From: Candidatus Saccharimonadales bacterium
GTDB taxonomy: Archaea > Micrarchaeota > Micrarchaeia > Micrarchaeales > CABMGC01
NCBI GenBank assembly: GCA_035508815.1
Contig: DATJMH010000008.1
Coordinates: 1 to 28,144, forward strand
Direction of reading: 5' to 3'
DNA length: 28,144 bases
Every line of letters begins with the position of its first letter. Within the stretch, counting starts at the first letter, position 1. This document shows, in pieces, positions 25,601-28,144 of the stretch. The translations under genes and the position numbers were made by a program. The notes beneath the pieces were generated by a model. That model was not told where the DNA came from, searched no databases, and saw only the letters and a program-made list of their open reading frames with translations.

Positions 25601-28144
25601 GGCATAGTGACTCAGGGTTCATCCTCGCTCATTGTTGATGATCCTGCAATCGGAGGCACCCCTCCCTACAAATATCAATGGTCCGTCGAGTCTCCGGGTT
25701 CCAGTTCCTATTCCAATATAACATCTGCAAACTCCATCACATACGACTTCCAGACGGCCTGGAATTCGACAATAGGGACGTACAATTTCAGGCTGACGGC
25801 GAATGATTCAACCATGGTGATCGACCCGATCACAGGTGCGCTGGTGCTCCAGCCGCTCAATATAACAAAGGACGTCTCCGTGACAGTCGTGTCATCGGGA
25901 TTCTCCATAACGGATCCAATATCAATAACTGCCACGGCGAACAATTACATCTACGTTCTATACGATAATTCCGGGAACTACACCATAGGCGTAATAAGGC
26001 TCTACCCTCACGGCTCGTATCCTGCATCAGTACCGCTGCCATCCACCAACGTGACCTGCGGCGGGACCGGCTCATGGTCAGGCTCCTCATGCTCAGGGCC
26101 ATGGGATGCTGAGTGGCAGGCCTACTGGGATCAGGTCATAGAGCAGCAGAATAACACCGCGTATCTGATGGGTACCATAAACATACCAAGTGTATTTTAT
26201 GCCGGAGGCAACCCCATTCCGTTCGTGCCCTACAACATCACCTCGGACAACAGCGGGGACATCTTCATCACTGGAGAAACTGTGGGCAGGCAGCTGCTTC
26301 TTGCCAAGGTGCTGGATATCCTGACTCCCTCAGGAACCCTATGCTATGAATCAGCAGGATGCGATCGACTGTCATGGAGCCCGCCTATCAGTGTTGTAGG
26401 GAACCTGACTGAGATAGCTGCTGCTCCTGTTTCTGGAGACATCTATCTCACCGGACCCGGGTCTCAGGGCATATACGTCTTCAGCGCAAACAACTTCACG
26501 CTCCTCAGGACGCTGCCGCTCGTCTTCAGCAACGACACCGCACTTGCCGGCAGCGCTTCGCCGCTGTCGCAGACAGCCAATTCCACGCCGCTCTCGGGCG
26601 ACCTCAACATAACGAAATGGCTCCGGCAGACCGGCCCGTTCGGAATAAACGGCCTCCAGACAGCCTCCGGCCCCGGAAATTCCGACAAGGAAGCCTACCA
26701 CCATCCGCTCTCGATCGCAGATGTAAACGGAGACATATACCTTCTGGACGACTGGTCCGGCAGCGCGGGTGGCAACGGCTTCGACTTCCTCACCCTAAGG
26801 GTGATGGACGCAAACGGCACCGAGGTGCCACTCAATCCATCAATTCTGAATGACGTATCCAATCTGACCGCCCGCCAGCTGGCGCAGCTCAACTGGGAGA
26901 CCCAGCAAGGCCTCCAGTACGAGTTCCCTCCATACGGCATAATCCTGTCGGGAGAGGTCAACGGCGTAAGCTTCTGCTCCTCCTCAACATGCGATTACCA
27001 CAGGGAAATAAACCAGACATACTATCCAATAGGTCCGATGCTTAACCAGTCCGGATGCGACGCCATAGGGAGCATATGCCCTGTGGTTGGCTTCTCCACA
27101 TATCCAGATGGAAGGGTCACAATGCTCATGCCGCCCCAAAGCACGGGATTCGGGTACGGCGAACTACTTGTCCTCAACCTCAACCCGGAGAACTACACCC
27201 AGTTGCTCAGCGGCCTGCCTCCATACATTTGTTATGTGCCTTCCAATATCGACTCTGGCATATGTGGCCACTACAACATCAGCCAGATAGCTCCTCCGAT
27301 ATACGGCGTAGACGATACCTTCAAGTACCTGGAAAACCTCGGCTCGCAGAACTACCTCAGCTTCAGCAACCAGTACTTCGCAGAGTTCTCCGCGGTGAAC
27401 AGCAGCAGGGCCACGAATCAGGCATGCTTCAACCAGATATCCAACTTTTCGAATCCAAGCGCCTGCTATGTCGGAGGCAATTCCACATTCCCTGCGGCAT
27501 TTAACGTAACCAAACTGCTGAACAGCTCGCTTCTCGGAAACGGTTCACAGCCGCGAAGCGGCAACCTGACCCTAAACTACACGGTCCTGGAAAACGTCAC
27601 ATCAACCCTGGAAAGCCACCTAAGCCTCGTGACAAACCAGTCCCTCCTTACATACCTCAACGCCTTTCTGGGCCAGGCCACAGCGTTCGGAAACGAGACG
27701 CTTGCATTCAACCAGTCCTATTCCAACCTTGCGCCGGCGTCCAACCTCACCACAATACTGGATTCCCAACTGAGCCGGATGACAGAACAATTCAAGATTC
27801 TCAACAACGAATCGGTGCTTCTCAACAACCAAACGGGTACGAATGCCAGCGTAACCTCGCCGCTCGCCGAGCTCCAGGCGCTCGAGGCAGAGAACAAAAG
27901 CTACTTGCTCAATGAGACCAAGGCATACCTGAACCAGATTTATATCTATATAGCGGAGAAGAACATCGAGGCCCAGGAGTACACCATGCTTACCGGAATA
28001 AGACTTTCCAACGGCTCCACGATAACCCCGCCAGTGACCGAGCTTACAAGCGAAATAACCGGCAACGCGTGGCTCTCCTACCAATACAGGTACGACACCT
28101 TCCAGTGGTGGGGCCCGTATATTCTAACGGGCGGAGAGGACACT
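22616..28144 (+). CDS. Giant secreted/surface protein, at least 1843 aa, truncated by the window end (absent from the ORF track)
   Basis: Translated by hand: no stop from ATG 22616 to 28144. RBS-like aggaagga upstream, signal peptide MGKLGFFIFLISLFSSLSIIQTAQA, Ig/PKD-like GGTPPYKYQW near 25650-25682, propeller-like blades from 25900 to 26760, and a helical segment near 27750-27970. Confidence 0.9.
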   Translation, partial: MGKLGFFIFLISLFSSLSIIQTAQAAQVPNGVPPTCQSLSCGSILGKFSQGMQTGLLFSAPQIGFTVSEDTLLAAVAQAKAAGYAANPLVVASGYTGDQWIQVIVLCDQASNCYAGFNAWSVSATGSINQYYYAQSQLPIVPGAQFSGTVSITDGTLNAYVTCDICLNFQPIVMPSITDPNPINPNLFSTQGGALLPSGDMGETWTDTYEAPIDYSFICNPCASSVIPYNTAYSLTYTLGGYTSTLPQLNIGSPVDLSTDTQFTFGVSCASSSGCFSPPSLTLNSGSVTIGSLATQDQLPINPGVTQVTINPTPMSFISSNPLYLDLQNQAGQLWDVADHPLSGLDSGSGGITVIDPTVLPPGSQVDIQSFSETDTGQLGGYAILTNPGGTESAYLDINQLGPCTDAGCSYSLSLPLPYAADTGLPGEVVATISTTVPLDTGSSMSISSATGGGTGSYVAYLDLQQSPYLGSFGSPIDCSSFCYLSTPIQYPGSFAPSIDCGPDCSLSLSSNPPIPQDSGVLGLDEQQAQQLQFIAAGYSLGLTCAFSSTTSCLESLPSAALAIPSGLAAFQVSDYLQNQETQLFQSLFGSSAQDISEAISYIPFLSLGISILEGSTNVQIPLSPIQFTTTYTASPPNVTVTNSTPYNSSPTGQVFNGNYGEAPNYLTCPTNASSLNPTTDLYFYANKNTGIAGDKCLTANTTFSSTLYGLTTSVSVPPVDEFFHILSSVGSGGYITGVSELQIANPGAVSEQDLGYSPSVDGVLSNGFNTSSYIFDKVPSFAQHGIWSWNLVLPDFSAASVPASSNLFFTMQTITEPGTGGICLYTGPYFEQTTLDSVNTNYIPFTEIEHNSSSTNYNSSSRSTFDTAVYPFLLYSYVLTQDNAGPLSNPNLTGMSEDIYSPWNYYTPANSEDQFPIDLPSLLFARSTTKGNQVITIPENGTAPENSAIQTPVAAYRTSPSINLSIPSTQIYSNYSFLTSNAFYLTLLDPIAAPGIVTQGSSSLIVDDPAIGGTPPYKYQWSVESPGSSSYSNITSANSITYDFQTAWNSTIGTYNFRLTANDSTMVIDPITGALVLQPLNITKDVSVTVVSSGFSITDPISITATANNYIYVLYDNSGNYTIGVIRLYPHGSYPASVPLPSTNVTCGGTGSWSGSSCSGPWDAEWQAYWDQVIEQQNNTAYLMGTINIPSVFYAGGNPIPFVPYNITSDNSGDIFITGETVGRQLLLAKVLDILTPSGTLCYESAGCDRLSWSPPISVVGNLTEIAAAPVSGDIYLTGPGSQGIYVFSANNFTLLRTLPLVFSNDTALAGSASPLSQTANSTPLSGDLNITKWLRQTGPFGINGLQTASGPGNSDKEAYHHPLSIADVNGDIYLLDDWSGSAGGNGFDFLTLRVMDANGTEVPLNPSILNDVSNLTARQLAQLNWETQQGLQYEFPPYGIILSGEVNGVSFCSSSTCDYHREINQTYYPIGPMLNQSGCDAIGSICPVVGFSTYPDGRVTMLMPPQSTGFGYGELLVLNLNPENYTQLLSGLPPYICYVPSNIDSGICGHYNISQIAPPIYGVDDTFKYLENLGSQNYLSFSNQYFAEFSAVNSSRATNQACFNQISNFSNPSACYVGGNSTFPAAFNVTKLLNSSLLGNGSQPRSGNLTLNYTVLENVTSTLESHLSLVTNQSLLTYLNAFLGQATAFGNETLAFNQSYSNLAPASNLTTILDSQLSRMTEQFKILNNESVLLNNQTGTNASVTSPLAELQALEAENKSYLLNETKAYLNQIYIYIAEKNIEAQEYTMLTGIRLSNGSTITPPVTELTSEITGNAWLSYQYRYDTFQWWGPYILTGGEDT

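Noticed and set aside
23500-28084. Short ORFs listed by the track across the right end
   Set aside because: All overlap the uninterrupted giant ORF in other frames or on the other strand.
20808-28144. tRNA-His as the integration site of a mobile element
   Set aside because: No integrase and no second copy of the tRNA 3' end seen in the window. The genes next to the tRNA have host-like codon usage. An att site beyond the window cannot be excluded.
1-28144. CRISPR array, rRNA, intein or intron in nrdA/nrdB/tRNA
   Set aside because: No regularly spaced repeats or rRNA-like tracts. The RNR motifs are contiguous, with no intein-sized insertion, and the tRNA is uninterrupted.

Overview
This is an archaeal chromosomal window: TATA boxes sit 20-30 nt before start codons, ATA/AGG codons are favoured, and the tRNA has no encoded CCA. 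Gene content suggests a DPANN archaeon, probably Micrarchaeota, but that is inference. The left third holds TatD, a DUF929 CxxC protein coupled to a CGC-motif membrane protein, a ribonucleotide reductase nrdAB, a YbaK/ProX editing protein and an AT-rich ATP-grasp-like gene. NrdB carries the Chlamydia-type class Ic signature (Glu for Asp, Phe for the radical Tyr), and two NrdR-box-like 16-mers lie 32 bp apart upstream of nrdA. The centre (8.8-20.0 kb, minus strand) is a tightly coupled membrane-protein cluster. It has six tandem paralogous VirB6/TrbL/CedA-like polytopic proteins, two paralogous PrgI/TrsD-like proteins, and an upstream basic Gly/Ala-rich membrane-anchored repeat protein. This is a candidate divergent type IV secretion-like or cell-contact channel, although no VirB4 ATPase is present in the window. 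The right part has tRNA-His(GUG) without a genomic G-1 and a tandem pair of paralogous 4-TM proteins. It ends in an uninterrupted ORF of at least 1843 codons (22616 to the window end) that the ORF track missed. That ORF encodes a secreted protein rich in Cys pairs and N-glycosylation sequons, with Ig-like, beta-propeller-like and coiled-coil segments. Family calls come from motif recognition by eye; no searches were run.
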